Source: Yuukianura sp. NJ FZ-2021 (taxonomy: Eukaryota). Taken from it: a DNA stretch of 64,000 nucleotides. The translations under genes and the position numbers were made by a program. This document shows positions 50,301 through 64,000 of this stretch, piece after piece. The stretch covers positions 930,001 to 994,000 of the forward strand of contig CM102283.1 in the NCBI GenBank assembly GCA_046563655.1, given 5' to 3'. Below the pieces are notes generated by a model. That model was given only the letters and a program-made list of their open reading frames with translations. It ran no database searches and was not told the DNA's origin. Within the stretch, counting starts at the first letter, position 1. Every line of letters starts with the position of its first letter.

Positions 50301-53300
50301 GTCAAGTTGGAAAGTTGAGTAAATGAGGGAGTTGAAGGGCTCTTCCTTTCTTTTGTTGTTGTGGGGTCACAAACAGAAAGTTTAGCCTCATTCCAAGGCC
50401 TCTTTCGGTTGAGACCAAGTCAGAGTTTATGCAAAGATGAGAAGATTTAATCTCCATGGCATTAGACCAAGAGCAAAAAGGAAGTTAGGTTACTGCAAGT
50501 GTAGCGACAGGCCATGAAGTTTCAGACCCACAAACTACTTTCTTTTGTCTTCACAAGAGAAACAGTTTTGGGCAGAGGTTCAACTTTCACTTTTCAAACG
50601 GTCCCGGGCTTTGGAGACAGGCCAAGGAACCAAATCAAATTAAGTCACTTTCTTCCTCCCCCACCCAAGTTCAGACAAAAGAAATCCCGCCATGGTGGGG
50701 CAGGAACCCACCATGACGGTGGGCCTTACACGAAAGAAGTCCATGGTGGAGCCACTGTCGAGTGTCCCGTAGGAAATCTCGGACTGAGCTGCCAGGTCTT
50801 CTGCGTTTTCAATGGGCGTGCTCTTGCGATCCACGGTGAGAAATGCTGCTAAGTTGGCAGTATATGATGAGACGATGATAAGCGTAAAGAACCACCAAAT
50901 CCCACCAACGACTCGCGTCGAAGTTGTCTGTGGCGGGAAACCAAAAAAGAAAAAAGTTGAAACTATTTTTTGAAAATCTGATAATCCGAGGGAAAGCGTG
51001 CCAAATTTTGAACTAAATTTTTGTAAACCCCTGATTGATGATGACGTACTTTGGGGTTGAGTCCAGAACCTTGTCTTAAAAATGTTCCAGTGATGAACCA
51101 AACTGAATTTGGAAACGAAAACTGGTTTTCTAAAACGCCTTCGTCACCAGAACATGGCGGAGGACTCAGCCATTCGCCTGGAGTAAAACGAGCCACGACG
51201 AATAGTGTACAACACACTACAAGATATGCACCTAAAACAAAAAAAACTCAAGTTTTTCAATTTTCAACTTTTGTTTTCAATTTCAGTTTTCAAATTTAAG
51301 AAAAAAATGTTGGGTACGGTTGGTAAATCTTCTTTTGAATATTTTGCCAGCTAAGCAGGAAATTTTGGATTTTTTTTTTGCTAAATTAGGATGATTTTTG
51401 AGTTCAAAAGTTTTTGTTTTTAACGTAGAACTCAAGTAGAGTTTTTGAAAAAATTTTTTGGAAATTTTGAAAATTCAAAATGGCATTTTGTCATGAATTG
51501 GATTTGAGCGAAATTTTAAGACTCGGAAATCTAATAAACTGAGAGATCTCAGATTCAAAAAGTTTTGACAACTTTTGCTTACAGATCTCAAGTTTTTTAA
51601 ATAAACTTTTTAAAATTCAACTTTTTCTTTAAAAAATATTCAAACTCAGTTTTTGTTTTGAACTGGTTTAACGATCCACTTGGGCTCCCTATGTAAGTTT
51701 CCTGTTTGTGAGTATTATGGAAATGGAAATGAAGGGAGAGAAAGCATGTTCAACTGACGTTGAAAGTATATCTTCAAAAACCTCTACTTTTAAATTCCAA
51801 AACCACTGGATTTCTAGACCATTTTTTAGAACAGTTTTTCTAGAAAACTTAGAAAAAGGGAGGAAAGATGAGCTTTTATGAATAATATTTTTTCGTCCCT
51901 TGATTTCTTCTCTTTCTGCCCAAACTGCTAAAACCTACCAAAGTTTGTTTCTTTGCGGACTTTGAGACATTTCAAATCAACTTTTCCCGCCTTCTGAAAG
52001 TAGAAGTGAGTAAACGAACCTACGCAGGAAAAGTTGAAGTTTGAACTCAATATTTTGGGGATGGATGAATAATAAGAAGTCGACAGGAGAAAGTTTTGTG
52101 TCTTCACAGTCCCGGGAGACAGGGATTCCTTTCACAAACCACAAACTGCTTTTCTACTCGTGGAACATTCAACTTTGGAGACGTTTTGGCTGTTTCCTTT
52201 CACCGTGAGACAAGGACGACTACACCTTGTTCAAATGGAGAACTGTTGCAAAAAAGACGCTCTGAATTGAAGTTGGAGTGGCTTTAATTAAGCCACACCA
52301 TTCGAAGTAAATGCCACTAATTCATTTGAATCTACTCACTTCAAATTTCACACAAAAAGTTTCATTCAAACGAATTCAAAACGTGCGGTTTTTAATTTTC
52401 AAACCTTTAGGAAAGCTGTGCCAACACTGCGGGTGGCAAAAATGTACTTTTTCGGAGAAATGTGAGACAAAAAGTCACTTTCGTGCCAATTTTGATAGAA
52501 AATTACTTTTCCCAGAGAATTTCGAGCGAAAAATTAGTTTCTAGTGAAGTTGAGAGCAACAAAATTAAGTAAGAATCCCAGGTAAAATAGTTTCTAAAAA
52601 GAACTTTTTCAAGTCGAGCGAATTTGCGGGAAAACGTAAGGATATTTTTTTTTCAAATAGCTTTTTTTTCCCAGAGAATTTTAGAAAAAAAAAAAAACAA
52701 TCTCATATCAATGCATAACTTTGACGTTCACTTAAAACTAACATTGCGAAAAAAAAAAAATACTGTTTACCTCCAACGTATGACCAAATTTCGGCTGAAA
52801 GTGGATTGAGAAAACTGAAGAGGCGAGCCGGTGGTTTCTTTGGAAGCTAAAACAAGCAAATTTTTAAAACTATCATTTCCCGCCTTATTCGGAAATGAAT
52901 TTTTTCTGCTTCTGGTTAGGTTATGCCTACCTTGAACAAAATGGAGATTCCAAGGTTTCTGAATGGCTTGGTAAAGTCAATTACTTTTTCCCTGGCGGAG
53001 TTAATCGTCATTGAGCCCACCGCCAAGTCTGACTTCTGCAAAACACCAAAGGAATAAAAACGCTTTGCGCTCTATTTACTTTTGGCAGTCGTCCACCCTC
53101 TCACCCCTTGGATCAGATCGCGTACTACGCCATTCCACTCATGTGTCAGTGGATCCTCTACACCGTACTTTCCATCTTCAACTGTCTCTATTGTGTAGTC
53201 GAACCCAACTAATGCTGCAATGTCCTTCAGCAGGTCAACACAAAACCCTTCATAGCGAGCAATCCCAACCAACTTGGCATTTTCTTCGTCGTCTTGGTTC

Positions 53301-56300
53301 TTCAACATCACGTACGGCTTTTCCTAGCACCAAAAACGTTTTGCTCATTTTAACAATTTTCGCGCCATTTTTTTCAAATTCAAGTAATACCAAAACAGTA
53401 GTGACTCGTAGCGTGATGTTGCGCTTCTCGCTGCCTCTGAAGGCAAGGAAATCATGGACAATCAGTTGAGTAGAGTTGGTCCACTGACCGACAGGTTGCA
53501 GATTTCCGTCTTTTAGTTTAACCAAGGTCAGCGCAGGGTCACTGCGCAGCCCTTCGCGAATCTGGACTTGACCAGTTAGTCCGCGGAAAGACACCTAAAA
53601 TTCAAAATTTAATAAAATGTTCGACACAACCGCTCAATTTTTGAATTTTTTAGAACCATCCTATCAACATCTTTTCATTAAAAATTGTAATTCTTAAAAA
53701 AAACTTGTTTTGTTGTGTTTTTGGATCAATATGAAATGCAGCTATGAGAGAAAAGAGTGGAAGTTGGAGAGTAGCCTAACTTTCTCTTGTCTTGAGAGAG
53801 AGTGAGGCGTGAGAGTGTTGATTTGAGGTGTTTAATCTCTTGTCTGTGACTTAAGTTTCCTCATAAAGACGTGGGGGATGAGATGTGGTTGTCTGAGAAA
53901 GTGTCTTGGAACTAATTTAGATTTGGTGAAACGTGCCTCCTACTGCGTTCTGCCGGATGCTGGCAGTATCCTTCCCGAGAGTCAATTAGGCTCATTTGCT
54001 CCTCTCAAACTGTTTTCACAAATGTTCTCTTGGGGCTCGTAAAACTCTAACCACCAATCCCAACTTTACTTTCACCGCTCAAACCTAACCTAAGCTGAAC
54101 ACAATCTGCAAATAGCCTAGTCTCTAGACTTGTTCTGATGAGCATTGTCTTTGTCACGCAAAGATACGCTACAGTGTCCTTATGCTACACCCCAAGTACA
54201 TTCAACACTTAAGTATTGCGTACTATGGAGAAAGTCACTTTCGTCTAAATCTCCACAAAATTTTTTTTTTGGAGGAAGGTAAAATTTTGAAAAACTTGCA
54301 CTGTTGATGTAGTTGAGGAGAGACAGTCCGTCTGGCCAGGAATCTTCTCTTTCACATGAGATATTGGGAGGTCGGATTTCGTGACTGAGGTCAAATGCCT
54401 TCAGACCTTGGCAGAACGCCAACACAGAGTCGTACATCAACGCTGCATCAGTCTTTAAGTGAAATCATAACATGATCATGTAATTATGCAATGATGCAAG
54501 TTGCAATGTTAATGTAAATTACATAAATCTGTTGGTTTGACTCACCTGAAGTCCTTTGGACTGGCTCTTGGGGTTGAACCTCTGGATATCCTCCATGATT
54601 GGTTGATCTGCTGGAGTGTGTTGAATGAGTCTGTAGGAAGTGATATTGACTCCGTTGTAGGCAAAATCCTCTAAATCGTACAACTCCAGATCCTCAAATT
54701 CACAAAACAAACAAATGCAATTCAAACTTAGTGCCATTTTACTTGAATTTAAGTCGACACTTCAAATAAACACGAATGGTTAACGAGATAAGGTCATTCG
54801 CATTTATGTGCTAAACATATTAGGTAATGGGAGAAAGCTTCGCCGGAGGGCATATTTTTATTAAGCCTTATTCGCGTCCAGCTTTCCCGCCAACAATTTA
54901 ACCTAGGAACCTCACAGTTCTGAAATTTGATTGAACTTTACTTGAAAAATGAAGAGCTACAATACAACACTTTGTTGAATTAGAGCAATTAAGCTGCGTC
55001 TCCCAAATCAAAATTTCTCTGCACCTTCACTATTTCCTCCAAAACATTTTTTCTTGCTCAACTCTCACGCTTTAACGTCTAACTTCAATTGCACAACAAA
55101 AATATACATAAAAACTTGAGTTAACAAGAAAATTTTTGAGCTCGCAATTAAAATTTGATTTTTTTGATGATTTTCCGTCACTTTGTAAAGCTTGACAATT
55201 GCTGCTAGGAAACCTTCAAACTGTTTCGCATGAAAGAATCGAGGGAATTGTGAGCAAAAACAAAGACAAATGAGCTTGTCTTCCTCGCTTTTTTTCGTTT
55301 TCCAAAAAAGAATCAGAAGAAAGAAAAAATTGAGGAGTTTAACTAAAGAGAAAGTTGTCGAGAGTAAAGCGGATTTGGATTTTCTGAGAGAAAGGCAAGT
55401 GTAGTACTAGTAGTAGTTCCGTTCGTGTTTCTTTGTGTGTCGATCCTCCACTTAGTTTCAGTTGGTTGGTTCAGTTTAAGTGTGAAGTAATCTGAGGAAT
55501 AGTCAGATCCTAACGTTTGTTAACTTCCTAACTTACCAGAGTTGCAAAATGGAAGTGATAGCGAGCATCATTCATCTGTAGTTGCAGAATCTGGAATAAC
55601 AGTAAGCAAAAAAGTAGAAAAATTCATGGTCGTTATTTTGTTAGGTTAGGCTAACAATAGGTTACGTTAGTAAACCTAACTTGTACTAAGGCACGTTAAC
55701 AAATAACAAGGTCTCAGATAGTGAGGAGAGAGAGAAAGTTGTTACTGTGCGTACTTTTACGCATTCTGTACTACGTGAAATTTTTGGGGTAAGAATTTTA
55801 AAAATTCATCATGATTTTTTTTTGAAAAGTGGCAAAATTTGGACTTACTATGCGGAAAAAGAGGGTGAGGTGTTTGACCTCGACGATGAGATTGAAGATT
55901 TGTTTTGTCTTGACCTCCCGTAAGGCATCTCGGTATGTGATGGGACTCACTTGGCGCGGAAATATTTCTCCGCGCCCACTGGCCACGCCCTTCTTCACTT
56001 CCGCACTCTGATCCTTCCGCAGCAACGACTCCACATAAAACAGGCCTGCAAAGCACAAAACTAATTACTCATAGGCACAAATGGTCTCCTGGGAACGCTT
56101 TCGCATCACCTTCATTTTCTAGCTAAACTTCCGAGAGAGACTAATCCTCTGACAAGTCAGAAACAACTTCCAGGGCCTCATATAATCTAATTGTCTGAGT
56201 TTGTAGACTACTTTGAAGTTTAAAACCTTTTCCAAAGCCTCATATGTGCGTGCAACTTAGGAAGAATGGCTAATCCTCCAACAACTCAGAAATTACTTCC

Positions 56301-59300
56301 AGCGTTTCGTCGACGAAATTTATACATTGATGCTGCGTCATTTCCGAGTTTATCCCGACAGAAAAGAAGACTAAATCTAAGAAAAGTCAGACACTACATA
56401 TAGTAAGACCTAATGTAAATAGAACAGTAATTAAGTTTAAAAGTTGCATAAGAGGGAGCGATTTTTGACTTGCGCTAAAAATCAAGGGAAGGCTATTTCT
56501 CAGATAAATCAGAAATGTCTTTCAGCAAATCGCAAAAAGTTGATGTGCTGGAAGAAGTCCTACTTATGAAAACATTCAAGCAGGACTTCAAGAATGGAAG
56601 AACAGTGTCCGGGTTGAGAAAACAAACAGTTATTTTTCGGCGGAATCCGTCGATGTCTGAGGAAGAGTCAGACACTGTGGAAGATGAAAAGGAAACTGAC
56701 GGGGGAGATGAAATGAGACTGAAATTAGGCGTTTCAAAGGTTCCTTCGTTCAACTTTTAATCAAAAGAAAGCACCATGGAGCGAGAAGAATATGTGAATG
56801 GAATCCTTGTCTTGAAAAAGCGCGGGAATTGATGTCTATGAATTTGGAGTTCTAATTGAATTCAGACTATTTGAATTTGAATTTGAAAGAGGGAATGAGA
56901 ATTCCAGTCCTAAAACTATAAAGAAGAAGAAGTTGAGGCGGTGAATTTTAATGGAGTTCAAATTCTGTGTGTGACAGGAACATCAAAGGTCCATTAGTCA
57001 AAGAAATCATTCCCGAGAGACACTAATCAGATCAACTTAAACTTCAAATAACTCAAGGAACACGTTTCCCGCCTCAAGCTCTCAATTTCAGAAAGTGCGG
57101 GAGATTTGAAACACTTGCAAATTTTAAAAATACGGTGTGAGAAAAGTGGCAAAGTTTGAATTATTAGGCCTCGTTAACTGTTCAATATTTCAAAATCAAA
57201 ATCACCCTGCAGGGCCTAATCTTCTTCTTTTTTTCTCCTCAACATTTTCTTTTTGAAATATGTGTCAAATTTTTGAAAATTTCTTAACAAAAGTTTTAAA
57301 ATTGACTCAAAGTCAACTTTATTAATGTCATTAGTCAGGTTTTTGACAGGCCCTAATGCCACTCTGATTCATTTCGTTTCAGCTTTAGCGTTGTGTAAGA
57401 AGGGATTCACTAATCCTCCGATTAGCGCGCTCCTGTTTCCACCTTTGTTCTTCACTAACTTCGTCTCACTTTTCCTGACGTGGATTGGATAGTTTTGTAC
57501 CGAAAAAGCTTTTCTTTTGACTTGTACAAAACATTTTTGGTCGTTTCCGCTCCCGCTCAAAGGAAAAGCAGCTTAAGGCACACGCTTTCATTTGCAGTTT
57601 GGATTTTCTATTTGTTCGAATTTTCCCGCTCCTGAGTCCGTTTGCTAATCGGGTCTCCGTTTGATTTGAATTTCGTGTTTACGTTGCCGTTCAACCGGAC
57701 TTCCCAAAGGAAGGAAACCCGGCTTTTGTCTTTTAAATCCGCAGTTTCCGCTCGGAAGCAGAACTGCGGGGGAAAATATTTGGACAGAGAAAGCTTTCTT
57801 CTTCTTCTTTTCCCTCTGTCAGGAGTCAAGTCAAGAGTGAAAACAAGGAAAGCTAAACTTTCTTCCCAAAACCTACAAAACCTAACGTAAAAGTTAGGTT
57901 AGTCAAGCCAAAGGTTAGGTTAGTCAACCAAAAAGGAAACCGAGACCCTACCACCAGGAGAAAACTTGTCAAAGTCAACTTTGCATTTGGCGGGAGTTGC
58001 TCAAACTCCGTCGGAAGTCGGTCTCTTCTTCTCTGTCATCATGCGGGGACGTTAATTCTGGGTTTAATGGAGACAAATGGGAAGTGGGGAAGACGTTACG
58101 AGTGCGGTTAGGTTAAGCTCTAACCTAACGTTAGGTTTATGTTAGGTTACCGTCTTCATCTTCGAAGATGAGTCCAAGTCGGGTCCAGTTGAAGAACGAC
58201 ACGGCGTCCCGTAGAGCCTGGCCCAACTGGGTTCTGGACGGTGCGAGGCGGGTGGGAAAAGACTGCAGCGGAGGCGCAGAAGCAGAAGCAGAGTCCTCTG
58301 CTGGCGTGACGGTGGGTAACAGGAGCGGGAAGTCAAGTGCCGTTGACAGGGAACGCAAGTGGGCGTCGAGGAACGTGTCAAGTCCACTTCCGAACAGGGC
58401 AAAAACTCCTCCACTCACTAACTGACACCCTACAACACACGGAATCACAACCAATTAAAGTCTCTTCAAAAATGACGCTTGAGTTAAGCCTACGACACAC
58501 AGCGTGAAAAAAAATTCGCGCTTTTTTTAGATTTGGGAAAGATTTGTGAAAAACAACCTTTTTATACAAATATTCCCACTTAATTTCAGAGAAGTTACTA
58601 TAAAAAACTGAAGAAAACAAAAAATATGAATAAAAAATATAGATAATTAAAAAAATAAAATATATAAATATAAAAAATATAAATAAAAAAATATGCAAAA
58701 AGTTTTGTGTTTGGGTTATTCCATTGTAGCGTTTTCGGCAGTTATGTTAGAGTTTCACGCCTGTAGAAAAAAATTTTTTCGCGCCACTACGTTTTTGGAA
58801 AGATTTTATTCACTTTGTTCCTTTGGGAAGAACTTCTTTTGCTAATTCATTCGTTGGGTGTTTTAAAAAGTTAGGTATTTACGTAATTTTAGTGTGACTT
58901 TCATTAATTTTTTTTTCACGTCCACGTCGTGGGCTTGAAAAGGTTTTTTGGCGTCGTTCTCCCGTGAATTTTGGTGTGAACGAGGCTTATAAAGAAAGAT
59001 GACCGAAAGCGAGAAAGATTTTGTAGTGGAGAAAATGTCCCATAAGATCTAGGAAGAGCTTTCTTCGCTCTTAATTGAATTGAAGTCAGAGGACAGAAGC
59101 GGAGTGGCGGGAAAAATTTCATTTGGAAAATTGAATTTGACAAGAAAAGTCATATAATGGGTGCGAGCGTTGTTGGTCGAACTCAAAAATACATTTTTAA
59201 ATAAAAAAAAATGCTGTGTTCATTAGAAAACAATCTCAAATTGGTTCATTTTGAACTAAGTTTTTGTAAGAAAAGAAAGTCCACTCGAACACTAAAGTCC

Positions 59301-61682
59301 AAATCCCATACTAATGGTTCCGTACTAGAAAATAGAGCAACTGAAGAATAGAAAAGTAACATTTAATTCCCGTTTCTTCATTTCCTTTCTCTAATGATTT
59401 CTCCCATACTCCACTTCCTACTTTTTGAGATCGAATTTTGACTTGCCTTTTTGTTACTTTTTTAGATCAAATTTTGAATGTAAGAAATGACTTTTCTCAT
59501 TTCCCGTCTAGGCTTTCTCTCGCTTTGGAAATTGGAACACATTGCTTTTTCAGTGCAAAACCTAAAAAAAAGTGCAAAAACCAAAAAAGAGAAAAGTAAA
59601 GAGCCAATTGTGAAAATGCCCAAAAATAAAAGTCGAGTGGCGCCCAATTCATCTTGCCTCGCAGAAACGAAATCTTCTTAAAAAATCTTTGTGTTCCAAA
59701 AGTGGAAACCGGAAATTGCAGAGATCAAGGATTGCAAAAAATCAAAAATTTGAATTTCTACCTGCTTTTGTAGCTTGGAACAGATTTCCACTTTTGAAAT
59801 AAAGTGATCTGTAGACTAGAGTTGAATTTGGTAGGAGTTTGCGATCTCTGTTGACTGCAAAGACGCCGTACTTGAAGGCCACTTCGACCGGAGTTCCACG
59901 TAGTTCTTCCGGAAAGATTCCACCTGAACAGAAAAAGTGAAAGAAAACATCCATCACAATCAATCGTTACAACCACACTGTCTGTGTTCAAGTAGTCACA
60001 AGGGAACTCTCCCTTTTCTATTTTTCGGGGTTTTATTGAACTTTTTCGTTTTTTTTTCAAATGAACGATCATTGAGCTCCAAACCAAAACATTTCTCTAG
60101 CAGAGTGAGCTGTAGTGTTGACGTTGACAAGCGGACACGATGGGGGAGGCAATCAATCTCCCGCACTTTTTTCTCTAGAGACACGCAACTGATTGAGACA
60201 AAACGACCAACACGAGACCGATGACTGGAAACACCGGAATTGACTTTCTACTTTCTCTTTGGAAAGCTGATTTCAAAATTTTGGAATTTCAAATTTCAGC
60301 GCTGGACAACACTTTCTTTCGCCTTGGGAGTTACGCGGGAAAGCGTGGCTAGAAAAAATGTACACTCAAAAACTTTCGAAACTTTCACAATAAAGTTTTG
60401 CTGATTAACGTTTACCGTTAACTCAGAAATTTTTCACAGCTTCATAGTTGACAAAAGTTTTTTTTTTACAGGGTGAAGGAGAAAGCTGATGCAAAGATCT
60501 GGAGAAAGTGTGGATATTCAGAAGTTTTGTGAAAGTGATAAATTTGAAACAATTTCTGGACGGTATGTACTGTACGGAGACATTCTTGGACGGTAGTGTG
60601 CGATTTGGTTTTCCGCGCCTTTGGCGCGTTCTTTTGCTTTGATGTAGTAGGATGAAAGCGGTTGTGGGGATGATGAAGTGCTAATAAGAAATCGATGATG
60701 GACTCATCCCCTCTCTCTCTCTCTTGGATCTTTCAAATCTCCCACGGAAAGAAAGTTGGATGTTGCCAGGAGGGACTTGGCTTCTTTGGCCGATATGCTG
60801 AGTAAATACTACACACAAGATGAAGTGAGAGGGAGAAAGGAGAGAGCGGGAGATTTGAAATTGACGAAGGAGGATCATGCACGTACGCCAATTCATTTCA
60901 CCACTAAGGAATTCCACAGGAATTCTCACTGGCTTCAGTCCTACAATTCAATTGACTAAATTCCTCCCGCTCTTTGCACAGCTCAGCTTAAGCCGCTAGC
61001 CTAACCTAAGTTAAGCTAACATTACGTAACACAACCTCCAGGGAGCGGCATAATTCGAACTGCCTTAACTTCAGACTTAATCTAACATTTCGCCTGAAGT
61101 CCAAGAAAGCCTAGTGCACCTCCGCGGACCGGGGGAACAAAAATTCAATAAAGCCCGAAAAATGTCCATTAGCACCGGGAAAATTTGGTTTTTATGATGC
61201 CCGAATTCGGGCAAAGTCACAAATGACAGGAAATTGCTTTGCTAAGCAAACCTCCTCCGCCTTTTGTAAATTTTCTTATGACTTTGCCAAATTCCTTTTC
61301 AAAGGAACGAGAACCAATGAAAAGGCTGGAAATGGAGACAGGTTCAATGGGAATGCAAGCACTGAAAGGTCAATTCCCAAGACACATTTCGCTCTTGATC
61401 TCTTTTCAGTAAGTTCAAAGGACAAGAACATTATCAAGAAAGATCAATTTGAATAAAAGTGAGTTCCCGCCGACTCGAATTCCTGTTGTTTATTGGTGCT
61501 CAAATGTTTATTTTTTTTAGAAGTTTTCTCTTCAATTTTTTCTTTTCAATTTTTTTTTTTGCAGATTTCTTTTCCGTGGTTGTTTGAATCTCATCTGAGA
61601 AGATGAAGTGAGGCAGGTAGATTGAAATGAGCAGAAGCGTGAAAAGAGTGAGGTCAAGGGGTGAAGTGAAGCGTGGGAACAT
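47346..61682 (-). CDS. Ionotropic glutamate receptor, kainate-type (multi-exon)
   Basis: ATD ([29 protein letters not shown]), S1 ([32 protein letters not shown]), pore [25 protein letters not shown]2 ([26 protein letters not shown]) and M4 NIGGVFVVL. The first and last exons are uncertain. Confidence 0.95.
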
Positions 61683-64000
61683 GGCAAAACTTTTATTGTG
61701 TTTCAGCCGGAACTCCCACCCACCCCCTCTTCCATCTTACTGACTTTCCAAATCACTTCACGTCTTATACCCCCCCCCACTGAACCCCCCTTCCTTCAAA
61801 CCCCCCCCCCCCCTTGCTGACCCATCGAAACAGTTCCCAGGTCCAAAGCGAGGTGAGGAACTTCATTTCGTTAAGCACCTTGTCACCCCCGGCCCAAAGT
61901 CTCCTTACTTTGTCCACACGTCTCCATGCCAAAGACATTGGGCTCCGGTTTTCAAACCTCCCGCCGCTGCTTGAAACGCACGTTCAAAAAAACAACACTT
62001 CCTCCAGGAAGAAATAAGTTCCTCACAAGACACATTCCAGATTCTGATCAGGCGACAACAGCGGAAGCAACTCCAAACTCCCCCGCGAGTCTCAGTCTTC
62101 AACTCTAAACACTTTCACTTTAACACAAAAAGGAGTGAAAGTGTAGAAAAAACAAAAGTTAAAGATTTTTCGACATAGTCTAGTGAAAAAACAATGTTAG
62201 GGTTAGGCTAACCTAACCTTAATCTTTCCTAACTTCACCTTTACCTATACTCATGAATAGCCTAACAAAGACGAGTTTTCTTTCTAGATTTATGAAAAGG
62301 TAAAATTAACGCTTGAATTTTGAAAAAAAAAATCTAATCCAAGTTTAGTTTTGCTTTTTGAATGAAAGTTTTGGTTCTGTAAAACTTGAAATCAAAGTTT
62401 TAGTTTTAAAAACAACTCTGAGTTGACCAGGACGGGCGAAGAATTTAAATGAGAAGCGAGGGCGGTTTTAATTCATGTTTTTGCGGGTGTCCTTCTATGG
62501 TCGTTCCATTCATCTTCATTTGAACTGTCTTAAGGTTTCATTTATGAAACACAATGAGAAGTTTTAGAGTTTCTCTTGTTCTTTGGAAACTTTTCAACGA
62601 CAAATTCTGTCCTGAGTTTGAACTTGTTTTAAATTTTAAAATGAGGCGGGAGTGTGGGGTGGGGGTTGGAATTGGAGAAATGAGAAAGTTTAGTGTGTGG
62701 GGGGAAAAGTTGGTTAAAAGGTGACTTTCCTCCAAAGTCCAACTTAATCTCAAACAATTACTTTTCCAGCACCATCCAGCATCCAGCATTCCACAATCTT
62801 CAGGCAGAATAAATTACAGTGAGACAAAGTACGGCTGGACGATTTTTCTTTTAATTCTCCCGCCTCTAAATCAACACTCTCTTCAAACTTTTCAATTCAG
62901 AACAAGGCACAACTTGAGAACTTTCGTCTTATCGCTCCCAGGATTCCATCTCTTTCTTTTACTTTATTTTTTTTATATAATATTACATATTTTGGCAGTT
63001 TTTGACCTACTATAGATATTTTTTGAATTCCTATTGATTCCATCTTAGGCCAGTTTTAAATTCGCGCTTCTTCAACGATCTTTGTATATATCTAAGCATT
63101 TCATATTTTTTTTTGATCTGTTAATTTTATTTATTTTGCTCGGCGTTTTTGCTGCTACCTTTTGAATTTTCGTCCGTTTAATTCATTGGTCATTTTGTTA
63201 TTATATTTTCCCAATTTTTGCTATACTATGTTATACGATGTTATTTGGAATTGTTTGCTGCGTTTTTGTTGTTATTGAATTTCTTCGCTGTTTTAATTTT
63301 TTGCTTCTTTTGATTTTTTGTTTTTGCTGTATTAGAATTTTTTCCTGCAATGCAGATTCCGTGGCACACAGGGTTGAACCTGAGGGGTAGTTTGGTGGCG
63401 GGAAAATTCAAACATTTTTACGGTCATTTTTTACGACTGTGATATCATCGGAAAAGATCATATTTGTCATCGTTTTGCAGGAAAAGGAAAACGGGATTTT
63501 TTCTTTAAAAAAATGAGTTTATGCTTTTTCAAGAAAATACGAAGGTATTTTTTAAAGAAAATCTCGGGAGAAAGATATGAAATTTCCCCTTGGGGGCGCT
63601 GGGGTGTTGAGTTTTTGGCGGGAAATGAAGTTTGAGTTTAATTTAAATTGAAGAGAGTCATAAATTGGACTTTATCTTGAGGATATCGAAGCACCTAATG
63701 AGATTTTGTGGGATCCGGACAAAAGTGGAGGTGAATCTCCTTATCCCACTGTTAGGTTCAAAGAAGAAGAACAAGATCAAATGAACAAGATCCCAATTGA
63801 GTCTTGTGGGCTCAAACACTTTGGAGAAAGGAGGGAGATTACCTCATTTTCCATTTTGAATTTCCCACAAAAATTTATGTTTCCACACCGTAGCTCAGCT
63901 GTAACTTATCTTACAGCCTTAATTAAGTTTCCCATATTTCCTACTGCGGGTTCATGAAAATAACAAATTTAAAATTTTCAAAATCCTCCAAATTTTTTGG

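Noticed and set aside
57880-58150. TTAGG/CCTAA motifs as telomeric sequence (also ~3900-4070 and ~46240)
   Set aside because: Only 1-3 degenerate units scattered in introns, with no array.

Overview
AT-rich, intron-containing animal DNA, most likely arthropod. A springtail-like origin is an inference from the intronless divergent IR genes and the scattered TTAGG/CCTAA motifs. In order, the window holds scrambled piwi/aubergine pseudogene fragments (1-2.4 kb), a small secreted laminin-EGF/laminin-IV/LDLa gene (-), two tandem intronless divergent ionotropic-receptor (IR)-like genes (-), a GT92 glycosyltransferase (-), tandem-repeat blocks, Shroom (+) and a kainate-type glutamate receptor (-). 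The main result is a three-level nest inside the second IR gene. The IR ORF is split by a ~1.27 kb ORF1-only non-LTR retroelement that keeps an Inr/DPE 5' promoter, a 3' stem-loop, an A-rich tail and a 14-bp TSD but has no RT. That element is in turn interrupted by a very young 6.76 kb Ty3/gypsy element with 420-bp LTRs, a CCAT TSD and a -1 gag-pol slippery site. In the env position the gypsy carries an intron-containing third gene with its own TATA box, predicted to encode a 197-aa protein with an acidic N-terminus, an Arg-rich motif and a CCHC knuckle. This is a candidate regulatory accessory factor. All comparisons were made by eye and no searches were run.
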